The notes: generated from the letters alone by a model not told the origin. DNA of 64,000 nt from Tubulanus polymorphus (GCF_964204645.1 NC_134026.1:3991950-4055949); one strand, 5' to 3'; positions 1 through 13,400 are shown, counted from the stretch's first letter. A program made the numbers and translations.

Positions 1-358
1 GGGATAAAACTTCGCCGGTAGCCTCATCACGAGCGCGTCGGTCGATCAACGACCTATCGGCTTGTAATACAAGATTTGAGTTCTGAAAACGAATAAGAGA
101 TCGAGCGTAAATTTCTCAATTGTTTTTGTGTGCAAAACTGATCGGCCAATACACAGACTAATTAAACAAAAACCGGTAGGTTTAAAATGCAAAATTCTCG
201 GGTTACGGTCAACAAATCAAAATGGCATTTGAGAGGAATGATCTTTACGTAATTGTCTAGTTGTATAATATGATTTTAAATGCAGTTATTCTTCTAATAG
301 AGAGTATATTTACCGCTTTGTATTCGTATTGCAGCGAACGTGCCGCTGCGTCGGCCAT
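1..358 (-). CDS. SNRNP200: U5 snRNP 200 kDa helicase (Brr2), first two coding exons; gene continues off the left edge of the window
   Basis: Exon 358-314 (ATG, then GT donor) encodes [15 protein letters not shown]. Exon 82-1 follows a ttttcAG acceptor and encodes [27 protein letters not shown]. Together they closely match the conserved Brr2/SNRNP200 N-terminus as I recall it ([41 protein letters not shown]). Not in the ORF track. Confidence 0.95.
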
Positions 359-924
359 GTTGAACGACTACTGAACGTTCGTCGAAATAGGGTTCGAATC
401 CCATTATTCCAAACTATTCGAAACGGCGATTTTCTCAGCAGCGATGATGCGCGCATCATTTCGATAATCTTTTAATCGATGCGAACTGACGTTTTCTTTT
501 ATTCATTATGAATTCACATTGAGATCTATCACAGATCACAGAACTATGATTTAGAGTTAATGCACGCGTTCAGAATGATACCTCTCAGTTTTGAAGATAT
601 CCAATAGTGAAACCGATAGTAGAAAACTGCAGCATATGAATTAGTCAGTAACCTGACTGTGGTTTAGTTTTACGATCGGATATTTTCACAAACCACATTG
701 GTATATAAGCCCATCCGATTATAAAAAGCTTACCACTAACGATTAGGCAACTAACTACATATGAATGTAATTCGATCAAAATATCTCAATCCTTTACAAT
801 ATTACAGAAAAACACATTTTCTTAATATATTACCATTTATTCATTATCCTTCACAAAAAATAATCCAACAAAAAATGAAAAATTTAAAAGCCAAAAATGC
901 GAAAAAGAGTTTATTTTATAACAG

Positions 925-2575
925 CTATGCGGATACATCTACAGACTCTGAGGCTGACATAAGTTTTTTCTGTATCTCATTATCGGGCGAAAGGTCTATT
1001 AATTTATTGCTCGATTCCGCTAGCTCTGTGATTGAAACTCTTCCTCTCTGTTTGATGAATTTAGCCACTGCCTCCAGTTCTTCCATCGTGATATAAATGA
1101 ATTTGCCTCGGTCGTCGATGACGCCGGTTAATCTACCTTCTTCTTGTAAACTTTGCACACGTTCAATACAATCCTAAAACAATAATTTAGCAATAAATTA
1201 GCAATTAGACTTAATCACTGAATTGTGCAAAATCAAAATTAAGTTTTATGTAATTTAGTACCTGAGTTTTGATTTTGAAATGTGCCGCTAAATCCTCAAG
1301 CATAACAACTTTCATTTGCTGTAAAATAGAAAGTTGAAATATGCTATATGTTTTTCAACCGTAGATCAAGAAAAGAATTAAATGAGAAGATAGCTTACCT
1401 TTATATAATCGATGAACTCTTGTAACAGTGATTCAGGCTAAGAAAAAAAACATGAGGAAGATTTTTTAAGCAATAATTAAATGGAATATGAGTAGAAACT
1501 TCCAAAAACTAAATAACTTACATCAGCATCCAAGTTTTCTACATCTACACCCTCCTCATCAACTGTGAATGCTTCTTTCATTTTTAAATATTCTTCATGT
1601 GCTCTTTTTTCTTCTTCTTCTTTCCTTTTCTTCTCTTCAGCTTCCTGTAATACAGGTATGATTAGTGGCAAGATATCAAAACTATAAATTCATTTCACAA
1701 CCGTTAAAAAGCAAGTAAAAGCATAATTTCTTACTCGAAGCGCTTCTTCTGCTTTTTCTTGTTCCTCTTTCTCTTTCCTCAGTTTCTCAAATTCTGCCTC
1801 TCTTTTCTTCCTTTCTTCGCGATCCCTCTCTACTTGCTGAAACAATAAAATATCAAAGATTTAAAAAACATTTCTGACAAAATCTTTTCTATCTTAAGCA
1901 TTTGATCAACACTGATTCGTTACCTCTCTCATGGCCTTTTTCTCAGCTTTTTCCTGAATTTTTCTTAGTTTCTTTGCTCCAATTTTACCCTCTGTATCAT
2001 CGATATCGAGCTCATAAGGAAGAGGTCCATCTTCTCCGTCTTCATCGTCCATATCTTCTGCAAACGTTAAGGGAGAAAATTATCAATTAGTTTTATAACT
2101 AATGTTGACAATATGAAGCAATATATGCGTTTTTACTTCGACGCCAATAAACTTTCAAGTTTGAATTAAGCTTTCCTCTTTACCTTCTTCATTGACATTC
2201 CTCTGTGGCCGACGCAATCTTTGCCTCGCCCTCGCTCCTCCAGCACGCCGTGCAGCTGCAACTGCTGGAGCGACATCACCTCCTCCTTCCCCAGCTGGAT
2301 CGCGTATCCTCCTTCTACCTCCTCTTGTTTCTTCTTGAATTGCAGCTGTAAAATAATCAATCTAGTAGACACATAATCAATGATCAAATAAAATAGCCTT
2401 ATTAATTGACATTGGTCTTGATACGTAATTTTTGGCGTCACTTTTTCACTCGCTATGTCAACGGAAACTTACCCTGAATAGCGCTTTTACCAAATTTTGT
2501 GATAAAAAATAGAGCAACAACTATTATTAAAGCCATAACGGCGTAAACCATCGGATCAATGCCAAATGTATCCAT
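925..2575 (-). CDS. DDRGK1: DDRGK domain-containing protein 1 (UFBP1, UFMylation E3 adaptor), complete, 8 coding exons, 322 aa
   Basis: Phase-consistent exons 2575-2473, 2345-2184, 2057-1924, 1836-1735, 1644-1522, 1437-1399, 1318-1262 and 1173-925 (969 nt), all with GT-AG introns of 80-127 nt. The protein has an N-terminal TM anchor ([17 protein letters not shown]), a [14 protein letters not shown] motif, an E/K/R coiled coil, KVVMLEDLA and the diagnostic [15 protein letters not shown] motif. Confidence 0.97.
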
Positions 2576-3128
2576 ATTGCAGGAATTTTAGAAGAGTTGC
2601 GTTAGAAAATGAAACCGGAAGTCTCCACACTATGGTTTGCGATCGTTTGAAAAAGATATCCCCTTTTCTATGGAAGCCCTGAGATGACATTGCCAGTTGC
2701 CTTAGTAGTTGCCAGTTGCGAGTTGAGCGTCAACAACCGTCAACGGGCCCAGTGTAAATGTGCAGTGTCGGAACGTATGGTTTTGTGCTGTTGATATAAC
2801 CGCATCTAAGGTTGTCGGCAGACAAGTTGGTGGGATTATTTTTTTTCGGTTGAAAAAAAGAAGTAGATTGCAAGAATAAAACACAGGCCGTTTCATAAAA
2901 AGGTTTAACTCTTAAATCGATTTAATTTCTTCATTAAATCAATTTTTCTTAAACGATAGGCCTCAATCCAGGATTTGCTATATCGAACTTAACTAAACGA
3001 ATGACAAATTTTAAAATCAATCATATTTATTCTCATACACCAATTATAGAAAATGCCAGGAGTGCTCGAGGAATTATAATGTAAGCTCCTCAAACACGTG
3101 GACTTTAAAAAACAACTAGTCCAACCAC

Positions 3129-3169
3129 CATAGGCGTATAAACTATAAACGAGAGTTTATACACCTATG
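3129..3169. repeat. Short palindromic element (CAT...ATG), related to 8827-8878
   Basis: cataggcgtataaact / agtttatacacctatg: 16-bp arms with 1 mismatch and a 9-nt loop. Confidence 0.6.
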
Positions 3170-3189
3170 TAATGGTTCAATTGACATGA

Positions 3190-4331
3190 ACATGTCGTTT
3201 TATCCCACAACAACAATTATACCTAAATGACAGGTATTTATGTACCTGAGGAAGTGCCTCATTTACAAAAACATGACCTGTATTTTTAAAAAAAGTCTCC
3301 AACATAAGAAAATTAAAACCAGAGATAAAAATACAAATTTAAACTGGAAAGCTTATGATTAACTAAACATTTGATTTAATTTTCATCAACTTTATTTTAC
3401 AAGATAACTAGAGTTTTGCCACCTTTGCTCAGACATGAGCAAATTAGTTATTTTTTAATGCAAAGTGTTTTTGGAGGTATCCTCTTATACGCAATCAACA
3501 AGATAAAATTGTTCACTTGTCAATTTGAATACAGCTGGCACAATTTACTAACTTCATATATCCTCATTTATCAGGAGACTGCTCCTCTATTTTCCATAAG
3601 GACCTTAATAAAAAATAGTATGCTATGAACCACTGATCGAAAAGCACCACAGTGAAAAAGTTGCCCACTCATGTGTCACAATCGCACTGCTCATGTAGGA
3701 CAGGTTGATTTTTGAGGGTCAAGTGATACTACATATATGCTTTGCCCCAAGATCAAGTGGCATTTATTCCTTAGATCAAACCCGGCAAACTATTATAAAG
3801 TTCTTTCTTCGTGACAATTAAAGATATATCGAGTATCTTCAAACAAATATGGTTTAACTGACAAAGCTACAGTAACTTCTTAATTTTATTATTCAGCTTG
3901 ATAGTAGATATAAATACAACTCTATATAAAGATCAGAAATTCAGATATTATAGGCCCCACACAGACGCGGTTAAACCGATAATCAAAACAAAGCTAGGAC
4001 AATTTACCAATTAGCATTGTATCCTAAAGTTATCAAGAAACTGCTGCTATTTTCGACAGGCCCTTAATTAAATCAGTATTTCATGAACCACTGAAAAGCA
4101 CCAAAGTGAAATTGTTGCTATAAAACTTAACAACTGAAATGTTTCAACATGAATGATGAAAATGTACATCGTTTTATTCACACAACAATAATATCTTAAT
4201 TGAGATTCACTCTAATTGAGATTCACTCGGATTCACTCTGGAAATCTTAGTATAAATTAATCAGTCTTAATTTCATTTTCATTAACATTACTTTCACTAG
4301 AAAACTAGAATTTTGCCAACTTTGCCCCGAC
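3190..4331 (+). repeat. Diverged direct-repeat blocks inside the TIR-bounded region
   Basis: Three block pairs: tcgttttatcccacaacaac (~3195) with tcgttttattcacacaacaat (~4169); aactagagttttgccacctttgc (~3406) with aactagaattttgccaactttgc (~4303); tgaaccactgatcgaaaagcacc (~3626) with tgaaccactgaaaagcacc (~4084). Confidence 0.55.
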
Positions 4332-4599
4332 TTAAAGATTACCTAACACCTTGACATTACAAACTAAGTATTCTGACGTTTTTTCTTCCAGCTTTGAAAA
4401 CAATTATCAAGCTTTGAAAACAATCAACGTAATTATACAATCGGTAACTAATCAATAACATCAATAACTAAGTTTATAGCTGTTTACATTCTTTAAAAAA
4501 ATTAAAAAGTATTTACCAGATTTTTGACAGTAAGTCTACCCCAGTATAACAATAAATAGTCACAGCAGTGATTGAGCGCGGCTAGTTGAAAGGACGGTC

Positions 4600-4742
4600 G
4601 ATCTTTCATAACAGTTATTCAAAGCATTCTATCATATCAGTTTTTTTAAGTGTGTTCGATTTAGTTAAGGTTTATGGTTATTTGTTTTGTTCATTACAAT
4701 AACTGAGTTGATAGAATGCTTTGAATAATAACAGAAAAGATC
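4600..4742. mobile_element. MITE-like inverted repeat
   Basis: Perfect 20-bp inverted repeat ttattcaaagcattctatca (4615-4634) / tgatagaatgctttgaataa (4709-4728), with imperfect extension on both sides. Confidence 0.55.
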
Positions 4743-7488
4743 TCGGGTTTTCGCTAAACTTAGGGAAGGTTGTTCGATAAATGAAGAACCTTGTTGATAA
4801 ATATTTGAAAAAATGCCTTTTCATGTAAATAGAATTTTAATTTATTGTTTGTTTGTATTGTTGTTTATTCTATTTATTATTTATTGTTTTTTTAATATTT
4901 TTTTAGAATTAATTTATGTACTTGTAGTTTGTAGTTATGTACATGTATTATTTATATTCCTCTATTTACAACTGCATTTTTTCACTGTAAAGTCCTGGGG
5001 CCCATTTTAAAAAAAGCGCTACCGATTCACTGCCACTCCTTAATAATCATTATACACCCGATTTGAAGCTAAGTGATTATTCACGAGAGCCATCTCGTGA
5101 TATGGATTTCCAAATTACAATAAAAGAAGTTCAAACAGCTATAAACAATGTTAAAATGTTCAAAAATTAGTCCTAGCTATAACTTTATGCCTCGTTATTC
5201 CTAGCTTTACCTCTCAAATGTTATAATGATCTCCTTTCGGATAAAGCTTTAGTTTTCAAATACGTAGCTATGATCATCAAACAGATTGATGGAGGCTTAA
5301 AGATCAATGTGAAAATCGAAATCTACGATTTCAAATTTGTCAAAACCTTCCGTAAATATCAATGCCATCAAATTAGTACATATACAATTCAGCAAATAGT
5401 TAATATATGTACATCAACACTGGTCTAACGTTATGTTCTATGTTTCCTAACTATGTGATATCTAGGGCCTAGCAAGACAGGGTTATAGCCACTGTTGACT
5501 ATGTTTAACTACGGTAAGCATGATGATAAAAACTCACAATATGATGTTGAAACTATATCTCGGCGATCGACGCCAACATTTACCCCTTGTCACTAACCTA
5601 ACTTGACTTATCTATCGACCAAGGATCGAAGACCAATATCTTGAATTAATGGAGCTTAGCTTTTATTAGACTCTTAATTGGTGGTTTCCTCAACAGACTT
5701 TAAGGCAAGGAGATTGTCGATGGAGTTTCTTTGTTTCTTGCTGCAAAAGAATCTCTTGTATCCTGGTTAGCCCAGCATGGATGTTTCAGTCTGGGTTGTT
5801 TTTATACATAAGTAGGCCTACCTAGGATACTGGGGTCAAAAACCCCGTCAGACAGATTTTAATTCATAAAAATTATTATTCAATTGAGTGGAGGCATATA
5901 TAGGCTTTTTAGATTACTTGCAGCCCTCATGGAAATTCTGCCAACAACTTCATTGCGCTTACCACTCATAATTTGAAAAACCCCAAATTTCTTTCTCTAA
6001 TTTTGATACTGGATTAAACGGTATCATCATGTAAATCTAGGAAAGTCCATATTAAGAATTTCGTTTCTTGTTTTCAGTGTTAATAAAATGATAGTATCGG
6101 TTTTTTCCGAAGTATTTTAATGGCGTTAACATGTAAATGTTTGTTTATGGATAAGATTGGTAAGGGAAAAGATTTATTTGAGCCTTTCCTTTCGAAGACA
6201 GAATACGTAGGCCTACTCAAGCAAGCAAGCAAGCTAGCAAACAAGAATCATGGCAACTGGCAACTAGCAACTGGCAATGTCGTCTCAGGGCTTCCATATT
6301 TTTCCATATTTCAAGTTGAACATTTTGTTATATTTTTTATAATTATTATCATGGCCGAAAACCAGCATCTTATGAGTTGAAAAATTTGGTTAATTTTTCA
6401 CTTTTAGAACGCATCAATAAAATTTAATCGAATTGATGTGGTTGAAATGAAAGTAGTTTTTTCGCCGCAATATATCGTTACGCGGCAAGTTGTCAAAATA
6501 ATCCAGAAATAAACATAACGCAATTTCTCATGCCAAACTTAAAATTTGTTCGAAATGTGAAAACTTTAACCGTGGCTCCTATAAAATGGACACATTCGAT
6601 TTGTTAAAATTAAGTTTTATGGAATTTCCTTGTTCTGATTTAATGCACTATTTGGTTTGTCGCAATACTTCTATTTCACACAATGCGTTATTATCCGTTT
6701 TGATGGTGGCGATGAAATTTCTGAGATTTTGTTTTCATGGTTGATGCTGCTGATGCCGCTTGAACATCAACCATGATACTGGTTTAATTTCTGTCTCGTA
6801 CACAATACCAGGCAGCCTTGCCGCCTATAGATGTAATCTTTACAGGAGGAACTTCCTTGTCATGAAGGTATTTTTCGATCGGCAAAATTTGAAATTCTGA
6901 CGGGTTTTCTTGTCTGTTTATTCATGTTTGTTTGACGGGTTTGGCTGAAATAGTACGACGTAAAAACCAGTTTCTCTACCTTTCATAATCCCTCTATCAC
7001 TCTGTTAAGTAAAGTTAAGTGCGCATCTACAGTGTCAGTCTTATTTGTTCGATCGGTAAAATTTTGACTGAGTAGAAGTATATCAAATTCAAAAGTCCTT
7101 ATGAGGAGGAGGTAAGTACAGTGGACTCGAAGGGATAGAGAAGCTAGCTCATTGGCAAAAGTCCAATATGACAATCTATGTTACTTTCCATTCTAAATAT
7201 GCTCAATCTAACTTTCCCAATGCTAACAGTAACACTTGCCACAACTGTTATAAAAAGAATCGGATGATTATATGATGAATTTAAATTGTAAATTGTTGAT
7301 GATGAACATTTAGTTTTACTTTCTGTTTGATTTTGTAGGATTTTTACGATGGAGTTGTAGAAGCTTAACTGTGGCCATACCAGTTGTGGTATCATTAACG
7401 CCACATGGAGTCCACTGCAGTTTTACCGACGTTGTACGTATTCGATTAAACTGGGAGGAAAAAAAAGCGAAACCGCTATTTGTTTGAA

Positions 7489-10400
7489 ATGTTGCTGGAC
7501 GTCAACATGCCGACCACATCTTCGATTCAAGCGTGGCTCGGCCGAGAACTCGAACTGCGAGGCATCGACGCCATGATCTATACTCGATACATCCTCAGCA
7601 TCCTTCAACAGGATAACTTTGAACTCGAGCACACAGAGCCTGACGTATTCACTCCGAAAAAACAGATAAAAGCCGAACAGGTGCCCAGCATTGGTAAGAA
7701 CAGAAATAAGAAGCACGATAAAAAGTCACTCGATGGCGATGAACTGAAGAAAACAGCAGCAGTCGAATGTTTACTATCTGTCACTGATGAAGTAAGTTTA
7801 GATTAAATCTAATTTTACATTCAATCGCATAACATTCAGACTACGTAATCGGGATCTGTTTGAGTACAGACATTATTGCATATTGCGCTTCATACCAGAC
7901 CAATATCTCATCATCAAGACTTCTCAAAAACACGATGGCTTTCCTTTCATCGACTTCTTGATATTGTCATACAAAACCACACACAAAAGAGAAAAAAAAT
8001 TCTGATTTCTTTGATGTTGAAATTGATTTTTTTTTTCATATCCTATCATAATTTACCATCAAAGAAGGCAAGGCTGTATGCCTATGTACAGATAGCCTCT
8101 TAGTTAAGATATTTAGTGTCCTTTGTGATGTAGTCCTCGGTACTCAAAGCACCTCTCGTTAAATTGTTCTTTTTGAGGGTGCCGCTAAAGAAATAAGTCC
8201 TACTTTATGTCTCATGGTTTTTGTCTTATAAGTTTCTGTAAAATAAATTTTTCTCTTGTTGATAAATATCAGTGCTTTTTTATATCAATCAATTTCATCT
8301 TAGAAGATATAAGATTTCATTGCTCCTAGGCCTATATCTGTCTGGATCATTTTATTGGATTACACTTCATTATATTATCGGTGAAATGAATATTTGTAGG
8401 GATCTGGAATTGAAAGCCTCGTTGAAGAGACGTATAATAAACTGAAGCAACAGAAACAAGGAGCCAGTAAGTATTGATGATTTTCGTATGTTATGTAATG
8501 AGAAATGTGTCAGAGTGTACTAATAATAGATGTGTTTTTGTAGGGTCGAAAAGTCCTGGAACTTCTGGTGAAGAAGATGGCGATAAGCGAATGAAGAATC
8601 GGGTCCCGACTGAAAGGTATCATTTTCCTCACATTTTGAAGGTGTACTTGACTCATCTAGCCCATTATTCAAACTCCGATCCCATTAGAAATGATTATGA
8701 AAAAAATGTCATCAAAGTATCGATATTCATTGTCGGATTTGCTACAGTGTTACAAGCACTATCTCATAGTTGTGATAGGTCACTCTACCTCAAGTACCAC
8801 AGTTCTAGGTTGTCCCTATGTGTGGTACCATGGACGTATAAACTAGATATAAACTAATCTAGTTTATACGTCCATGGTGGGACCTAACATTGTTAATTAT
8901 TTCATTCATCAAGTCGATTGAGTTAAGCAATCTACCTGCATCCAGTGTGCATGTTTATTTAGGCATAATTCCAACAGCTTGAACTAAATGTCACAGGTCT
9001 TTGTTTATATATAAATAACTGAGTCATGCTGGCGTCGTGATAAGGTATGAGTCATGTTTTATACGGGTATCACCGATTCATTGTTTGCAGGTATTATGAA
9101 GCATTTCCACCTCTGAGTGATAAACTAGTCAAAGGAGCACCGCCGGTTCAGATAAAACCTGAAGAATCGTGGAGTCATAAAGTGTCAATTTCTCCGTCTG
9201 ACGTCGACCGAAAGTCCGCGGAGAAATCGGCGAGTGTCGCGGAGAAATCGTCGCGTGGTAGTATTTCGTTCGAGAAAGTTTCCAATCCGAAACCGCCGAG
9301 GCAGTTCGTTATCTATAAAACGAAACGTAAGCAAGAATTCGACGATTCAAATCCGTATTTCATCGTGCCGAAGATGTCGCCGACTTGCGGAAAACTTCCG
9401 ACTGGTTTACTCGATTGTGACGACCCGGCGCATCGAAAAATGAAAGAGGAGATACTTCGGCTTATTCGACGCGAGGCCAGCATCTGTGAGTCGTCGTCGT
9501 CGAATCGTGGTAAAAATAGCAATGGACAAACTACTGGTGTTGATGGACCTCATGAAGACTGGTCATGGTACACAGAGCCGCTCTACAAGATGTTTCCCCC
9601 AACTTCTCTTCGAAAAGGTCGTCTTTACCAACGTAAAGTAACAGCCGATGAGAACCAGAATATCGAAGAAGAAGGCGATCCGTTATCGGAGACGGATATT
9701 CTTCAGTCGATCAAAGATGCACTCGAAGATGGTCGAGAGGTGTGGTGGTGTACGGAGCCCGGTACTGATGTGATGCTCGATGGTGAAAAAGGTGCTGATG
9801 TCGATTCTCAGATGGTCGACGATTGTAATTCTGCTTCGGTTTCCGTTCCGGTCGATGATGAAAAGACTGAATCGGACGAGGCTCGTCCTGCAAACAATAC
9901 CGAAGAAGATGTTCTGAAGTGTTTCACGACGCCGTTGCCCAGAATTGAATCGGAATCTGGCCACAAAGCTTCGAGGTTTTTGCCGTATATATTGAAACGC
10001 ATGAACAAGGAAAGCATGCTTACGCGTTTGAGTGAAAGTAGCGCGAGTCAGTGCGAGAAAGTGAATGAGATCTCTTCGGCGAGATCTCTCAGTGAGAGCG
10101 ATGCTAGTGCTCACCCTGTCGCTGATCTGTTAGACGATGCGAAAGCATTCAGCGGTACAGATGATGACGGTGATGATGACGAAAATGAGGTCGATAATGG
10201 CGACGATGTACTCGATGTAAATGATGGTGATGATAATGCTGCGGTAGTTGTTGAGAAAGAAGATACAAGTTTCGTCGATATAACCAGCAATTCCGCCGAG
10301 ATTAACGAGCTGAGATCGTGTTGTATTGATGACGGTTATCTCGCCGAACCCGCTCGAAAAAAAAGAGACGGCGTCGATAGTCCATTACTGGGGGATAGCT

Positions 10401-13400
10401 TCTTTTCTCTGCTCGACTGGTGGGACAACAATGACGTAAATGACAACGAGCAGCCGTCTCCGAGTCCATATGAAAATATCGATAATCAGAAGACATCAGT
10501 TGTTAGCCAGCTGGAGGTGAACACCGAATTTGAAAACATCGCCAACGATCTGATAGACGAGTTGAACGAAAGGTACTTCGATTGGACGAACGTCAGTTCG
10601 ATGGATGTTGGATTCACGGTGTCGCCAGGTGAGAAGTTGAACTCGCCGCAATTTTTGAGTTTTCGTTGGAACCTGATGTCTCCGGGAAGCACGTCGGTGT
10701 GGTCGTGTAGATGGGAGACGTCGTCGACGATGGTATCGCCGGCTCAACCTCTCGAGCGGTATTTCAGACGCGGATTATACTCGACGACGCCTCCGCTACA
10801 GACGCCGAATCAGATTGGAAATAAATGGTTCGAGACGGCCCTATTCCTGTCTACTTCACTGGACACGCGGTACCGCGAGCCGTTACCGGTGGAAAAAATT
10901 CGCGCCGATGCCGATGTAACTAGTTCTAACGAGTCGATGCTTTGCGACGCCATTAAAAGTCTAATCAACCGCGAACCTCATTGTCAAACGGTCGGCGATA
11001 TCGTGAAATCATTGCGGGAAATAGCATTGAATCATGTCTATAACTCGGACGATGATTTCAACGATCGATTCACGTCTCGCGCGGAATTGGCTCCCGACGG
11101 AGGCGCGGTCGTCGATGAAGGTCGTGCGCGTCTGTTTACTCTGAAAGTTTCTCCGGTCGGTGGTCGCGATGAACTGTGTGGCGATGACGACGATAACCGA
11201 TGGTGGGATGCTCTACGAATGTGGGACGACTATCCGGGTGACCGTAATGACGAAGAGGAAAATGACGATGATTTGAGTTTCGATTGGGACTTTTTCATCG
11301 AGCCGGATTCGACGTACAGTCACGTATCGGGCGTCGGCGCGTTCTTGAAGTCGGAGTTCTCGGCGTTCAACGATTCGATACCGCGACGTCTGCCGCACGT
11401 GAAGAGCGAATCGGACCTGAAACCGATTCTTCACCGACTCACGCGACACAACAGCGACAGTAACTTGTTCGCGAAAACGGCGCCGGTCATTCACCTCAGA
11501 AAATTAGCGGCCGACGAAGAAAAGAAAGAAGTTTGTCCACCGTCGCCGAACGCGTTGTACTCTCCGCAGACGCACTTCAAGCCGATTCGATCGCTCTCTC
11601 ACGACAGCAACAGCACGGCCGGTAATTCCGACTCGACCGGCGACGCGACGGCGGACACCCATAATCAAAACGCGTCGGATTTGATTTACAGCTACGACTG
11701 GGTCGACGGCTACCAGTCGTACTGTTTAGACGAGAAAGCCACAACGGACGCCATTCGACAGAAGTTCATTCCGAAATTCCGATTGAATCTCGACGGCGAT
11801 AAATGGTCGCAAACGAACGGTCTATCGCCCGAGAAGGAAACTCCGCCCGAACAGTCGTTACTATCCATTCAGCATATTTTGCCCGAAATAAGAGAAGGTA
11901 AAGAATCGACCGATTCGACCACGGCTCGGGAATCGTCGGTAGAATACGACGATTTCACCGTCGATCGTTCGTCGCTCTATTTAAGAAGAAGAGCGGACGA
12001 TCGTCGTTTGTTGAACGCGGCCGAGGCGTCTGCCGCTCCAGTCGGCGAATATCTCAGCGATGAAGAGTATAATCAATTCACGTCTCACTTCTCGTTGTCT
12101 CAGTTGATATCGGGCGCCGAATCGACGAGCAGCTCGAGTCGCAACGACGACGCGGGAACTCGCGGCTCGAGTCGGAGCGGTAGTTACTGCGTACCGGATG
12201 ACGTAGACGTCGTCACTCCGTCGTCGTCGTATTGGACGATGGATTTCGCCGAGCGCGACGTTTTCCACGAGGAACGCGAGCCGATCGAAGCCGACGATCT
12301 CGACGTGATGATGCTTTGCAGCGCTCACATACAAAGCAGCGGCGACAGCACCAGCAGCAGCGACTCGGGCGGCGATCGTCGCACGACGTCGACCTTACGT
12401 GACGCACGCGAATCTGATATTAAAACACCTCAACTTTTGATCTCAAATGACGATACTGTTGATCAGTCTCTGATAAACGTTTCTCTACCACGTCGTCGTC
12501 TCGACGAGGCCGATGGCTTTTCCGATCTTTGGAGCGATGAGCCGACGGAGAATCGAGGTAATATTTGGAGCAGCGGTGGTATGTCGCTCGATTTGCCGTT
12601 GTCATCGTCTGCGTCGTTTAATCGAGCCGATGATAACGAACTGAAAAGTAAAAGTCTCGGTGACTTGGATGATGATACCGCGGATTACTACGCATCTGAA
12701 CCGTGGAGTGATGGGATTGCTGGTGACACATTTGCCGGACATGCTGATGTTTTTACGGATGAGATTAGTGAACAGGTGAGTGAAAAATAGAATTTCAATC
12801 GTGCTGAATTCATGACCAGACAATTTACTGGTAGTTATTATCCATGATTGCCTGGACATGAGATATCTATTCTTAACTCCCATTTCAGTTGATAAATTTC
12901 CCATCACCTCCGCGAGATGGTGTTCTATATTCCTCTGAACTGGAAGACCATTGGCTGAATTCCGACTCCAGTGGTGTCCATAAACCTAGGAAGCGTGTTA
13001 AAGGTATAATACAGAGTTCATTGCAGATCTTTGTAAGGCGCTTTAAAAGTGCTTACTTGTCACAAAGAGATTCTAAAAAGTACTGGCACGCTTGCTTCTG
13101 ACTTGGGTATCAAAAATTATTTTTTTGACGAAAAGTGTAAATTTTGCCTAAAGAAGTGTTACTATCAAAATGTGCTTTAAAGTGCTTGCTTTTGCCTGAG
13201 CCTTTGGAAACTGTGAATAACTTACCGGTATCAATATCTGCTTGGAGAAAGTTACATTGCATTTTCATCTGAAAAATTGGACGTATTTGCCTTGTATTTG
13301 TAGGTTCCATTATCAATAAACCATGTAGTTTCTTTATGGAAGGAAACTGTCGTCGTAAAGGCTGTCGATTCTCTCATGACCTGTCGACGATAACGTGTCG

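Larger units (their letters stand above)
2669..6298. mobile_element. Putative 3.63-kb non-autonomous TIR element (or duplicated promoter module) filling the divergent DDRGK1/KIAA0232-like intergenic region
   Basis: 2669-2700 (tatggaagccctgagatgacattgccagttgc) and 6267-6298 are reverse complements at 31/32 nt. The match extends inward by gcaactggcaacta after a 5-nt indel. Both outer ends are TA. No transposase ORF inside. Confidence 0.45.

Noticed and set aside
8617-9090. U12-type intron (GTATCATTT donor)
   Set aside because: Differs from GTATCCTT and has no TCCTTAAC-type branch point near the acceptor.
9234-12907. Many overlapping antisense and alternate-frame ORFs
   Set aside because: Shadows of the GC-richer large coding exon, with no recognisable motifs.
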